DNA from: an uncultured delta proteobacterium
Lineage (GTDB): Bacteria; Desulfobacterota; Binatia; Binatales; Binataceae
Direction: 5' to 3'
NCBI GenBank assembly: GCA_963765675.1
Contig: CAVXXK010000001.1
Location: 1,792,001-1,856,000, forward strand
DNA length: 64,000 nucleotides
The notes below the pieces were generated by a model that did not search any database, was not told where the DNA came from, and saw only the letters and a list, made by a program, of their open reading frames with translations. Position numbers and translations under genes: made by a program. Each line of letters begins with the position of its first letter. Within the stretch, counting starts at the first letter, position 1. Positions 28,059 to 38,401 of the stretch are shown here, in pieces.

Positions 28059-30802
28059 ATGAGTTACTTAATCAACGGCAAGACGTTTTCAGAAGAGCCG
28101 CGTCCGGGCCAATGCCTGCGCACCTTCCTGCGGGAGATGGGATGGTTCGGAGTCAAGAAAGGATGCGACGCCGGCGACTGCGGGGCATGCACGATATGGC
28201 TCGACGGCGTGCCGGTTCATAGCTGCCTCATCCCGGCGTTTCGCGCCGACGGAAAAAAAGTGACGACGATTGAAGGTCTCGCGCATGACGGCGAGCTGCA
28301 TCCGATGCAGAAGGCATTCATGGACGCGGCGGGTTTTCAGTGCGGATTCTGCACCGCCGGAATGATCATGACCGCCGCGAGCCTAAGCGACGAGGCGCGC
28401 AAGGATCTCCCGCGCGCGCTCAAGGGCAATCTCTGCCGATGCACCGGTTATCACGCGGTCGAGGACGCGATCGGCGGAATCAAATCAATTGCGGACGATC
28501 AGCCCGGCAAGTCGCTCGGCGCGGACCTGCTCGCGCCGGCGGCCGAGGGAATCGTCACCGGCAAGGAGCGCTACACGCTCGATGTCGCGGTCGAAGGAAT
28601 GTTGCATCTGAAGCTCTGCGATCGCCGCACGCGCACGCGCGAATCCGGTCGATTCGCCGTGAAGCGGCGCTGGCGGTTCCCGGAGTCACCGCGGTCTACA
28701 CGTTTGAGGATGTGCCGAAGCATCTGTACACGTCGGCGACTCACGACGATTACCACGTCGATCCGAGCGACACCGTCCTGCTCGACGACGTGGTGCGATT
28801 CGTTGGCCAGCGGGTTGCCGCCGTCGTAGCCGACACGGAAGGAGCGGCAGAGGAGGGATGCCGCCGGCTGGAGGTCGATTACGAGATTCTTCCGGCGGTG
28901 TTCGATCCGGAAGAGGCGATGCGGCCGGGCGCTCCGCTGCTTCATGAAAAAGCAGCGGAGCGGATTCTGAATCCGGCGCGAAATATCCTGCTGGAAATTC
29001 ATGGACAGGTCGGAGACGTCGAGAAAGGATTCGCCGCGGCCGACGTGATCCACGAGGGCACTTACTCGACTCATCGGGTCCAGCACGCGCATCTCGAGAC
29101 GCATTGTTCGATCACCTGGATCGACGAGAACCATCGGCTCAACGTCCGCACCAGCAGCCAGACTCCGCACATCACCAAGCAGAAGCTGTGCTTCATTTTC
29201 GATCTGCTTCCCGCGACGGTCAGGGTTTTTTGCGAGCGCGTGGGCGGCGGCTTTGGCGGCAAGCAGGAAGTTCTGACCGAAGATATCTGCGCGTTCGCAA
29301 CGCTCAAGACCGGCAAGCCGGTCAAGCTCGAGTTCACGCGCGAAGAGGAATTTATCGCGGCGACCACGCGCCATCCAATGAACGTGCATCTCAAGCTCGG
29401 CGCAAAGAGCGACGGAACTCTGACCGCGTTCCAGATGCGGGTCGTCTCAAACACCGGGGCGTACGGCAATCACGGCGGCGAGACGCTGTATGCGGCCTGC
29501 GGCGAGGCGGTTGCGGTGTACAACTGCCCGAACAAGAAAATCGACGGCTTCACCGTTTACACCAACATGGTTCCCGGCGGCGCGATCCGCGGTTACGGAA
29601 TGACGCAAACGATATTTGCGGTCGAATCCGCGATGGACGAGCTCGCTCGCGGCCTCAAGATGGATCCGTTCAAATTTCGGCGGATGAACGTCGTCAAGCC
29701 GGGCGATCAGATGATCTCCGACAGCACGCGGGCGACCGACACCGAGTTCGGCAGCTACGGACTCGACCAATGCCTCGACCAGGTCGAGGCCGCGCTGAAA
29801 CGCGGCAACAGCCACAAACCGCCCGAGGGCGGCGAGTGGCTGACAGGGCAGGGGATGGCAATCTCGATGCACGGCGCGGTTCCGCCGACGGAGCATCGCT
29901 CGGAGGCTCAGCTCGGACTCGGCGCCGACGGAAAATATCATCTCGCGATCGGCACCGCCGAGTTCGGCAACGGGACCACGACCGTGCATCGGCAGATCGT
30001 CGCCAGCGTCCTCGGCAGCACCGTGTCGCGGGTGGAAGTCGTGCAATCCGATACGGACAGAACCGGTTACGATACGGGAGCTTTCGCCAGCGCCGGGACC
30101 GTTGTCGCGGGAAACGCGGTGCGGCTTGCGGCAGAGGCTTTGCGCGATCGCCTGCTCGACTTTGCCTCGAAATACTATCGCGTGAGCCGCGACGCCTGCC
30201 GCCTCGAGCACGACGGGATTACCTACAGCGAGATCAAGGTGTCGTTCGCTGAGCTCTTCAAGGCTGCCGAAAAATCCGGACGCCAGTTGGAAGTGGTCCG
30301 CAAAGCCTACGGCACGCCGCGCAGCGTCACGTTCCAGGTGCAGGGCTTCCGGATCGCGGTCAATCGTATCACGGGAGAGATTGCGATCCTGCAGAGCGTT
30401 CACGGTGCGGACGGCGGCGTGATCATCAATCCGATGCAGTGCAGGGCGCAGGTCGAAGGCGCGATCGCGCAGGGGCTCGGATGGTCGCTGTCCGAGAAAA
30501 TGGTCTATGACCCGAGCGGGCGCATGATTAATCCAAGTTTCCGCAATTATCGGATTCCGGCGTACGCCGATAATCCGCGGCGCACCGAAATCTATTTCGC
30601 CGATACGCATGACGCCTTTGGACCACTGGGCGCCAAGTCGATGAGCGAGGCGCCGATTTATCCGATCGCGCCCGCTCTGGCCAACGCACTGACTAATGCA
30701 ACCGGGATTCGCTTTTATAGCTCGTCGCTGACGCCTGACCGAATCTACCGCCAAATCTTCGAGAGCGCGCAAAAGCAAGATGTGACCGGATCGGCGCGGT
30801 AG
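28059..30802 (+). CDS. Xanthine dehydrogenase-family fused 2x[2Fe-2S] + molybdopterin-binding subunit (frameshift near 28615)
   Basis: GCDAGDCGAC, QCGFCTAG, NLCRCTGY in the first frame. After a 1-nt loss: LRSPHAHARI, GGGFGGK, RGYG, GAKSMSE. Confidence 0.88.
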
Positions 30803-30840
30803 TGCGATTTTCACAGCGCAGAGGCCGTTGCGTTGAACGG

Positions 30841-32175
30841 ATGATCGTCGATCGTCTGAGCATCGTAGCCGCGGCTCTGTTGCTGGGCCTCGTATGTCGG
30901 CCGCGAGCATATGGCGCCTCGAGCGGGCCGTCGCCTGTCGCGTCTCCACAGTCCTCCGCCGCACCCACCGCCGACATGATTCCGGCGATCAGCGCCAATC
31001 CGGCGGCGGTCGAAATCATTCCAGGGACGGGAGCGTTGGGCAGGCTGGCCGGCTTCACTCCCGAGTCAGGCGTCCGCATCGGCGGATTCTGGATCGGTAA
31101 CGTCGACTACCTGGCGACCGGCGGCGTGAAACCTACTTCGTGGAGCTGCAATAGTCTGTTAGTACTCAATCTGAATCTGAATGCCGAGAAGCTCATCGGA
31201 CTGCCGGGAGGGTCGTTTGATGCCTCATTGCTCCAGCTCAACGTCGAACCGGCCAACAAAAGAGCAGGCGCTGTCATCGGCTACGACGGACTCGTTGGGG
31301 CGACGCCGTTGGATCGCACGCAACTCTACGAGCTTTGGTGGCGCCAGCAGCTATTCGACGACAAAATAACTATTCGAGTCGGCAAAACCGTGCCGACCTC
31401 CGATTTCAACAACGTCAGTCGGCCAGTTCCGGTCTCCGATCAGAGTCTGGCTATTCCGGCGGTCACCAGTCTAATATTCACTTCAATATTCAAAAATCCG
31501 ACAATGATCGGCGCGTTGCCCGGATACTACAATTCAGCATATGGAATAACCGGCGACTTCGCTCCGACACGACACTTCTATCTCAGCGGTGCGATCTATG
31601 ATGGCTCCGGCGCGACCCGGGTTCAGACGGGCCTTCGCGATATCCCGGTCTTCAATGGCCATTATTTCATGATTGCCGAGACTGGCTATGCGTGGCTCTT
31701 CGGCGACGAACAGCTACCCGGGAAGATTGCCCTCGGAGGATGGACACAAACCGGCCGGCTCTACGGTCCGCACGCTGAGCAGCAGGGAGCGCAGGGAGCG
31801 TACGCCTTCGGTTCTCAGCGCCTATGGCGTCATCACGCGGACGTCGACAACAGCGGAGTCTCCGGCTATTTTCAATTTGGCTTCAACGATTCGCGCACGA
31901 TGCTCGCGACGCGCTATTTCGGTCTCGGCCTTACCGCGTTCAGTCTAATACTCCGGCGGCCGGCTGATTCGTTTGGAACCGGCCTCGCGTGGAGCTGGCT
32001 TAATCGGCGATATGGATTTCGCAGCAATGAAGCGATATTGCAAACCTACTACCAACTCCATCTCATAAGTAGTTCATTTCTTGAGCCGGCGCTGAGCTAC
32101 ATTCCGAATCCGGGCCATAGCCCGCAAACGCAGGGCGCCGTCGCGATGACAGCGCAACTAGTGGTCTTGTTCTAG
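30841..32175 (+). CDS. Carbohydrate-selective porin, OprB family
   Basis: Signal peptide, LYELWW.Q.LFD...RVGK, RP.DSFG.G, P.LSYIPNPG, C-terminal Phe. Confidence 0.82.
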   Translation: MIVDRLSIVAAALLLGLVCRPRAYGASSGPSPVASPQSSAAPTADMIPAISANPAAVEIIPGTGALGRLAGFTPESGVRIGGFWIGNVDYLATGGVKPTSWSCNSLLVLNLNLNAEKLIGLPGGSFDASLLQLNVEPANKRAGAVIGYDGLVGATPLDRTQLYELWWRQQLFDDKITIRVGKTVPTSDFNNVSRPVPVSDQSLAIPAVTSLIFTSIFKNPTMIGALPGYYNSAYGITGDFAPTRHFYLSGAIYDGSGATRVQTGLRDIPVFNGHYFMIAETGYAWLFGDEQLPGKIALGGWTQTGRLYGPHAEQQGAQGAYAFGSQRLWRHHADVDNSGVSGYFQFGFNDSRTMLATRYFGLGLTAFSLILRRPADSFGTGLAWSWLNRRYGFRSNEAILQTYYQLHLISSSFLEPALSYIPNPGHSPQTQGAVAMTAQLVVLF

Positions 32176-32195
32176 CGATTTCTTTCGAGAAAAAA

Positions 32196-32263
32196 ACCGC
32201 CGGGACGCCGGCCCTACTGCAAGAATTGAGTGAAAAATCCAGTAGGACCGGCGTTTCGCCGGT
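32196..32263. repeat. Inverted pair of GTAG-type REP sequences (REPIN-like)
   Basis: ACCGCCGGGACGCCGGCCCTAC ... GTAGGACCGGCGTTTCGCCGGT between convergent genes. Confidence 0.7.
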
Positions 32264-32327
32264 AATTCCGAGCAGCTAAAAATCGGGCTCAGTGCAAAGC
32301 ACTAAGGTCGAAATCTGCTACACCAAC

Positions 32328-33458
32328 TTATTTTATCTGTTCGATCGTTGCTGGCCCTTCGCCCTGGCTTGGATCGATCCGGAACGGCCATTCGTTGGAA
32401 TGAAACGGCACCGCGGGCGGCAGAAAGACCGGGAGTCCATATTTCTTGTCCTCCGCAGCGATTGCTTTGCGGCCGTCTCCACCCATCAACTCATAGTCCA
32501 TCAAGTAGTAATTGCCAAAAAAGACCTGGCCAACCGAGCGGTCGGCGACAGTCCGAATGAGTACGTCGAGCATTTGGTCCGGCGTCGTGACGAATGATGA
32601 GGTTTCGTAGAGGAACAAACGCGTATTCATCGCATCTTTGCCGAAAAACTGCGCCAGGACACTGAATAGGACATTGTTCTGGCGGGCGACATACAGAGTA
32701 TTACTCACGCCGTAGGTCTTGTCCCAATCGGGCCCCAGCATTTCTTTCCAATCTTTGACTACTTTCATCCAGTGCTGAACCTGAGTAGTCGCGCCCCAGG
32801 TAATATTTTGTTGCAGAAACGGTTTGACTTCACGGGCGTATTCCTGAATATCGGCAAATGTATAGGTACCTTTGCTCAGGGCGGTATCCATGAATTTGAT
32901 ATTTGCCTTTAGTACATTGGCCTGATTCTCGCGGGCCTCAGGAGCGAGATCGGTCGCGTCCAGACTATCAAGTGCGGCCTGATTTGCGGCGCGAAACACC
33001 CGCATTTTGGCTTCCCATGAGTGATCTGCAACGCTGCCGACGTGGGAGCCGGCCAGTTCGAACAGTGCAAGGCTGGAATGGCCGACGGACTTGTAGATTT
33101 GATAGCGGATCGGCACTTGCGGTGCTTCCAGAGGAGGTTTGCCGGGACGATAGAGCAGCAATCTTCCGCCCTGGTTGCTGAACAGCGCGAGGATCACTGG
33201 ACGTTGCGCGAGCAGGTTTTTCTGGAATTTCGCCAACGCATCGTCATAGAGACCGAACATCGCGATGTCGAGATCGAGGACATTCTGGTCCGCCACCGCG
33301 GCCTTGCTAATCTCCGCGCTGTTGCCTGCGATTACATCCATGTAGTCAGGCAATCCTGAGTCGGAGGCAGATGCTGCGAAGCAGGCGCCGACGGTTGAGA
33401 AACTGAAAATCAGCGCAAATGCGAGCGCGGTGCCAATTGATAATCGAATTGTCGACAT
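32328..33458 (-). CDS. Hypothetical exported protein
   Basis: Hydrophobic N-terminal signal (IGTALAFALIFSFSTVGACFAASA) and a globular-looking ~350 aa body with no family I recognise. Confidence 0.8.
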   Translation of the reverse strand: MSTIRLSIGTALAFALIFSFSTVGACFAASASDSGLPDYMDVIAGNSAEISKAAVADQNVLDLDIAMFGLYDDALAKFQKNLLAQRPVILALFSNQGGRLLLYRPGKPPLEAPQVPIRYQIYKSVGHSSLALFELAGSHVGSVADHSWEAKMRVFRAANQAALDSLDATDLAPEARENQANVLKANIKFMDTALSKGTYTFADIQEYAREVKPFLQQNITWGATTQVQHWMKVVKDWKEMLGPDWDKTYGVSNTLYVARQNNVLFSVLAQFFGKDAMNTRLFLYETSSFVTTPDQMLDVLIRTVADRSVGQVFFGNYYLMDYELMGGDGRKAIAAEDKKYGLPVFLPPAVPFHSNEWPFRIDPSQGEGPATIEQIK

Positions 33459-33514
33459 AGTGAACTTATTATTCCATTCGGACTGCAATACTCAATGAGG
33501 AAAGAAAGAATCAT

Positions 33515-34540
33515 TCACACGCGAAATATAAGAACAAATAATATGAGACCAGCGGCGACAGTGCCAAGCCCCAATACTTCCCGCTTCAGGTTTTTGTCGC
33601 GCCCATTGAGCCAGAAACCCAGAAACCTGGTCACTAGAGGCATCACGAGCCAGGTAAGCAGAGCGACTGATAAGATATTGCCAATAAACATCTGAACCGC
33701 CATCGACCAATCCAGCATCAGCGGATTGAGATACGACAGGACCATCACAGTGGGGTATAGCGCGAACAAAACCGCGAGCGCCTGCTTCCACGCGGGAGGA
33801 GGGACGATCGTTTCGCCAGGTCCGCGATTGACCGAGAACCATCCTTCGAGCCCGGTAACGCGATGCGCGTGCATCGATTCGACTATTCCGTCGAGCTCTT
33901 CAAGAAGGTCTTTCCGCTCTTTCGAGTCCATCCAATCGGACAGATCGCGGACTGAATCGTAACGAACGATATCCACCCATTCGTCGAATTTCTCGTGAGG
34001 CTCGAAAAACTCGGTCGCAAGATAACCGGGGTAGTGCGCTTGTGCGGCGATGGCGCGGCGCCGCCAATCCAGGTAGGCCGCCACCTTTTCCGGCGCGACT
34101 TTATGCGTGAACACCATCGCGACCGGAGGCTCGGTGCGCTCGTCGCTTGCAAGCACCAGCATCCGCGACGGCTCGATGAGCAAATCCTCGATGCGCCTGG
34201 CGAGCCTCAGGCGCTCCGGATACTGGAGCCATTGCTGCATCGCCTGATTCGATTCGAGACGAAAGATTGCGACCCATTCCTCTTGCAAGCCCGGCACCGG
34301 CGCCAGCACCTCGGTCCCGACGAATCCCGGAAATCTTCGCGCCGCATCGGTAATGGCCTTTTGCGCCAAAACGTAAGTGTCGATCTGGTCGGGACGAACC
34401 CGATGCGAGGCGATAGCTGTCGCGGGCCGCGGAGGTTGTGGTTCTCGCAATTCAGGATCACCTTTCATATAGGATTCCCCGCCCGCCGGCGCCGTCTGGG
34501 TATTCTCATTTGGAGGCAGATGGTCGCGGTCTGGATGCAT
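33515..34540 (-). CDS. Tandem ABM-like (dimeric alpha+beta barrel) domain membrane protein
   Basis: Two repeats of H.V.P..FPGF.G/YPGYL..RF/Y.S....W..S.ER, then PP.WKQAL.VL.ALYP.V and TM helices. Alternative start 34468. Confidence 0.8.
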   Translation of the reverse strand: MHPDRDHLPPNENTQTAPAGGESYMKGDPELREPQPPRPATAIASHRVRPDQIDTYVLAQKAITDAARRFPGFVGTEVLAPVPGLQEEWVAIFRLESNQAMQQWLQYPERLRLARRIEDLLIEPSRMLVLASDERTEPPVAMVFTHKVAPEKVAAYLDWRRRAIAAQAHYPGYLATEFFEPHEKFDEWVDIVRYDSVRDLSDWMDSKERKDLLEELDGIVESMHAHRVTGLEGWFSVNRGPGETIVPPPAWKQALAVLFALYPTVMVLSYLNPLMLDWSMAVQMFIGNILSVALLTWLVMPLVTRFLGFWLNGRDKNLKREVLGLGTVAAGLILFVLIFRV

Positions 34541-34660
34541 ATCTGACCATCATATCCGAAGACGCGCTTCCGGGATCGTGAGAATCGATGCCAGTCGGGC
34601 AGGCGACGCATCCGGGCGCTTTTGATAAGCTTGCGCGCCAAGTAACTTCGGCTCGAAGCG

Positions 34661-35734
34661 ATGGAACGCGAGAGAATCATACAGGTCTTCTTCTTCGGCT
34701 TTCTGGCCCTGATGGCCTATGAGCTGTATGCGATCCTTACTCCGTTCCTTACTCCGCTAATGTGGGCGATCCTGCTCGCCTTTCTGGCCCATCCTCTGCT
34801 CATCGAGCTCGACCATCTGGTGCGCCGCCGTACACTCTCCGCCTTGATCATCACGCTCGGCGTGGCGCTGGGCGTGATTCTGCCCGCGATCTGGTTGTCG
34901 AGCCGGCTCGCGGTCGAGGCGCAGACGCTATATGCGCAGGTCTCGACGATGCTCGACGGAGAAGGGCTTTCACACGCGCGCGACTGGATGATGCATTCCG
35001 AAATTATTCAGTCGATCAATCGCCGGCTCGCGCCGCGCGGGATAAAAATTGAAGACGAGATTCCGAAGCATTTCGCCGCGGCGGCGCAAGTGATCAGCGG
35101 ATACGTCGCGCACAATCTCACCAGCGCGGCGCGCAACGTCGCGACGGTGGTGATCGACTTCGCGATCATTTTGCTGATTTTCTTTTATCTGCTGCGCGAC
35201 GGCGAGAGCTATTACAACTCGGTGCGCGAGCTGACTCCTCTGCACGAGGACGACAAGAAGGCGGTGTTCGAAACTCTGCGCAGCACGCTGTCGTCGGTGA
35301 TGCGCGGGCTGATGCTGACTGCGCTTTTGCAGGGCGCCACGATCGGCCTTGGCCTGCTCATCAGCGGCGTTCCGTACTGGGCGTTCCTTGCGCTGGCCAG
35401 CGCGGCCGCGGGGCTATTGCCGATCGGCGGGACCGCGCTGGTCTGGGTTCCGGCCACCCTCTACCTGTTCTACACCGCAGGATGGGGATGGGCGATTTTC
35501 CTGGTCGTATGGTGCTCGATCTCGATCGCGATTATCGACAACTTCATCAAGCCGATGGCGATGAAGCACGGCACCGGGCTGCCGACGCTCGCGCTGTTTT
35601 TCGGAATCGCCGGCGGGCTCGAGGCCTACGGGCCGATCGGATTGTTCATCGGACCGGCGATCATGTCGGTATTCGCAGCGTTGCTGCGGGTGTATCGAAA
35701 GACTTACGGCGGAAGCCGCAAGGAAGCGGCCTGA
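34661..35734 (+). CDS. AI-2E (PerM) family transporter
   Basis: FYLLRDG, LPIGG.ALVWVP, DNFIKP, GG..YG.IGLFIGP. Confidence 0.9.
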   Translation: MERERIIQVFFFGFLALMAYELYAILTPFLTPLMWAILLAFLAHPLLIELDHLVRRRTLSALIITLGVALGVILPAIWLSSRLAVEAQTLYAQVSTMLDGEGLSHARDWMMHSEIIQSINRRLAPRGIKIEDEIPKHFAAAAQVISGYVAHNLTSAARNVATVVIDFAIILLIFFYLLRDGESYYNSVRELTPLHEDDKKAVFETLRSTLSSVMRGLMLTALLQGATIGLGLLISGVPYWAFLALASAAAGLLPIGGTALVWVPATLYLFYTAGWGWAIFLVVWCSISIAIIDNFIKPMAMKHGTGLPTLALFFGIAGGLEAYGPIGLFIGPAIMSVFAALLRVYRKTYGGSRKEAA

Positions 35735-35750
35735 GCGGGTTTAGAGCGCC

Positions 35751-36053
35751 TCAGAACCAGCGGGCTGACGCCTGTTTTCGTCTATCCGCCCACGCCATTT
35801 CCATCGGGATGTTAACGTCTGCATTGGATTTGGCAGACTCGCTGAGCGACATTTCGCGCTTGATCCACATCCCGACAAACCAGGCGGCAACGCCGTAGCT
35901 GACTGCGACGGCAAACACGCAATCGAGAATCATTCCTCGGGACAGTCCCAACCATCGTTCCAGGAACATCGAGCCCACCACCGCCGCAACCGCCGCAAGA
36001 TCCGCGGCGAAAACTCCCGCCGCGATCATCACCATCGATAACATCTGGATCAC
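35751..36053 (-). CDS. Small hypothetical membrane protein
   Basis: Two hydrophobic segments; GGAG-like SD upstream; no homology recognised. Confidence 0.45.
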   Translation of the reverse strand: MIQMLSMVMIAAGVFAADLAAVAAVVGSMFLERWLGLSRGMILDCVFAVAVSYGVAAWFVGMWIKREMSLSESAKSNADVNIPMEMAWADRRKQASARWF

Positions 36054-36204
36054 CTTCTCCTATTATAGATGACGAACGCGCGACGAATTAGATTCATTTG
36101 TTACCTAAACGAACGTTTAGTAGATTGCCGCTGCGCATGCTCTGAAGTGCATCCGCGTGAAAACTGCCGCGAAGCCACGAGCATTTGTGCACGAGGAAAA
36201 TCCG

Positions 36205-36994
36205 ATGAAATATGCAATCGTTACCGGAGGAGCGCGCGGACTCGGTTTGGGAATTGTCACCGCGCTGCTCGATGAGAAAGTTGTCGAGGCCGTTGCGGTG
36301 ATCGACAAGGAACTGGCGCCCGCGCCTGCCGCGATCGCAAAACAGATTCACGGCTTTCGCGCCGACGTGACCGACGAGGCGTCGATCCATTCCGCGCGTC
36401 GAGGCGATTACGGCTCAGCTCGGCGCGCATCCCGACGTGCTCTGCAACAACGCGGGCGGCGGCGAGCGCGCTTGGTTCGAGGGCAGCCGCCAGACCAATA
36501 ACTGGGATTCGGTCGAGACCTGGCGTCGCTATGTCGATCTGAATCTGAATTCCGTCTACCTGGTTTCGCGCGAGGTTGCGCCGCGGATGCGCGCGGGCGC
36601 GGCGATTTGCAACACCTCGTCGATCGCCGGGATGCAGGCCGTCCCGATGCTGGCGGCATACGCAGCGGCGAAGGCGGGCGTGATTTCCTACACTCGCACG
36701 CTGGCGGCGCAGCTCGGAACGTCGGGCATCCGGGTAAATGCGGTTGCGCCCGGCGTCATCTACACTCCCCTTTGGCAAAAGCTCGGCGCGGCGGTCGGCG
36801 GCGGCGACGATCGCGCGCGCGAGGCGTTCGACGCGATCGTGCGCCAGATCGTACCGCTCGGCCGCGAGCAAACCGAAGAGGACATTGGACGTGCGGCGGC
36901 GTGGCTCTGTTCCGAGAAGGCAAAGAATGTGACCGGGCAGATAATCGCCGTCGATGGCGGAATAACGCTCGGCGTCCGCGCGCTGGAGGGGTAG
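36205..36994 (+). CDS. SDR oxidoreductase (frameshift near 36395)
   Basis: VTGGARGLG and ADVTD in the first frame; NNAG, YAAAK and NAVAPG in the second. Confidence 0.82.
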
Positions 36995-37057
36995 CCACCC
37001 CGGCGCGGCGGCCCGTATGGCGCGCGGTCTTATCGAGCCTGTAAACTTGGGCCCACG

Positions 37058-38401
37058 ATGGAAACCGCGATGGCCGATATCGAGTCCGGTGCGCGCTTCA
37101 TCGTGCGCCGGCTGCGCGAAGCGGGTTTCCAGGCCGTCTTCGCGGGCGGATGCGTACGCGACAAAATCCTCGGGATCGCGCCCAAGGATTACGACATCGC
37201 GACCGACGCGCGCCCCGAAGTCGTCCAGCGGATGTTCGATCATACCGTTGCCGTCGGCGCACGCTTCGGCTCGATCGCAGTAATTCTTGACGGCGCGCAA
37301 TACGAAACCACGACCTTCCGCGCCGACGCCGAGTATAACGATGGGCGCCGTCCGTCGGCGGTGCGCTTCGGCACGATCGAAGAAGACGCCAAGCGGCGCG
37401 ACTTCACGATCGGCGGAATGTTTCTCGATCCCGAAAACGATCGCCTGATCGATCTGGTCGGCGGGATGCGCGATCTTCGCGCCGGAATTGTCCGCGCGAT
37501 CGGAAATCCGCGCGAGCGCTTCGCCGAAGACCGCCTGCGTATCCTGCGTGGCGCGCGCTTCGCGGCGCGCTTCGGATTCGAGATCGATCCATCGACGTGG
37601 GACGCGATGTGCGAGGCGGCGCCGTCCATCACCGAAATCGCCGCCGAACGAATCGGCGAAGAGCTCGTGATGCTGATGACCGAGGGCGGTGCCGGCCGCG
37701 CGATGGATCTGCTGCGCGAGTCGGGATTGTGCGCTGCGCTCGCGCCCGAGCTGCTCGAAATGGTCGGATGCGCCCAGCCCGAAAATTATCATCCCGAGGG
37801 CGACGTCTGGTCGCATACGCGGCTCGGGGTCTCGATGCTGCCGGCGGGTTGCAGCGAAACCGTAGCCTTCGGAATTCTCCTGCACGATATCGCCAAGCCG
37901 CGATGCCGCGCGGTCGCACCCGATGGCAAGGTTACTTTCTATGGGCATACCGATCAGGGCGCGGTGATCGCGGCGGAAATGATGGCGCGCTTCAAACGCT
38001 CCAACTTCGTGCAGGAGCGCGTCGCCTACCTGGTGCGGGACCATCTGCGCCTGTGCATGGCGCCGCGGATGCGCAAAGCCACCCTCAAGCGGATGCTCGC
38101 CGACGAGGGCTTTGGCGAGCTGATGCAGGTCGCGATGCTCGACGCGCTCGCGTCGTCGTCGTACCTGGGCTACTGGAATTTTTGCCGGCGCGCGCTCGAG
38201 TCGATGTCGGCGGCAGAGATTCATCCGCCGCGCCTGATTACCGGCAACGATCTGATAGGACTCGGATTTTCGCCCGGGCCGCGCTTCAAGGAAATTCTGA
38301 AGGAAGTCGAAGACCTTCAGCTCGACGGCGCACTCGCGACGCGCGACGACGCACTCGCCTTTGTGCTGGCGCATCATCGGCCGCAAGTGACTGCGCAATA
38401 G
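37058..38401 (+). CDS. cca: CCA tRNA nucleotidyltransferase with HD domain
   Basis: AGGCVRD, DYDIAT, EDAKRRDFT, ED.LRILR..RF, HPEGDVW.HT, LLHDIAKP. Confidence 0.88.
   Translation: METAMADIESGARFIVRRLREAGFQAVFAGGCVRDKILGIAPKDYDIATDARPEVVQRMFDHTVAVGARFGSIAVILDGAQYETTTFRADAEYNDGRRPSAVRFGTIEEDAKRRDFTIGGMFLDPENDRLIDLVGGMRDLRAGIVRAIGNPRERFAEDRLRILRGARFAARFGFEIDPSTWDAMCEAAPSITEIAAERIGEELVMLMTEGGAGRAMDLLRESGLCAALAPELLEMVGCAQPENYHPEGDVWSHTRLGVSMLPAGCSETVAFGILLHDIAKPRCRAVAPDGKVTFYGHTDQGAVIAAEMMARFKRSNFVQERVAYLVRDHLRLCMAPRMRKATLKRMLADEGFGELMQVAMLDALASSSYLGYWNFCRRALESMSAAEIHPPRLITGNDLIGLGFSPGPRFKEILKEVEDLQLDGALATRDDALAFVLAHHRPQVTAQ

Noticed and set aside
28611-28625. Programmed ribosomal frameshifting at the five frame breaks
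   Set aside because: No slippery sequence or stimulatory structure is visible, and these families are not known recoding targets.
25612-34540. tRNA-Val as the integration site of the accessory region
   Set aside because: The accessory genes lie on the 5' side of the tRNA, and I saw no integrase or duplicated tRNA 3' end.
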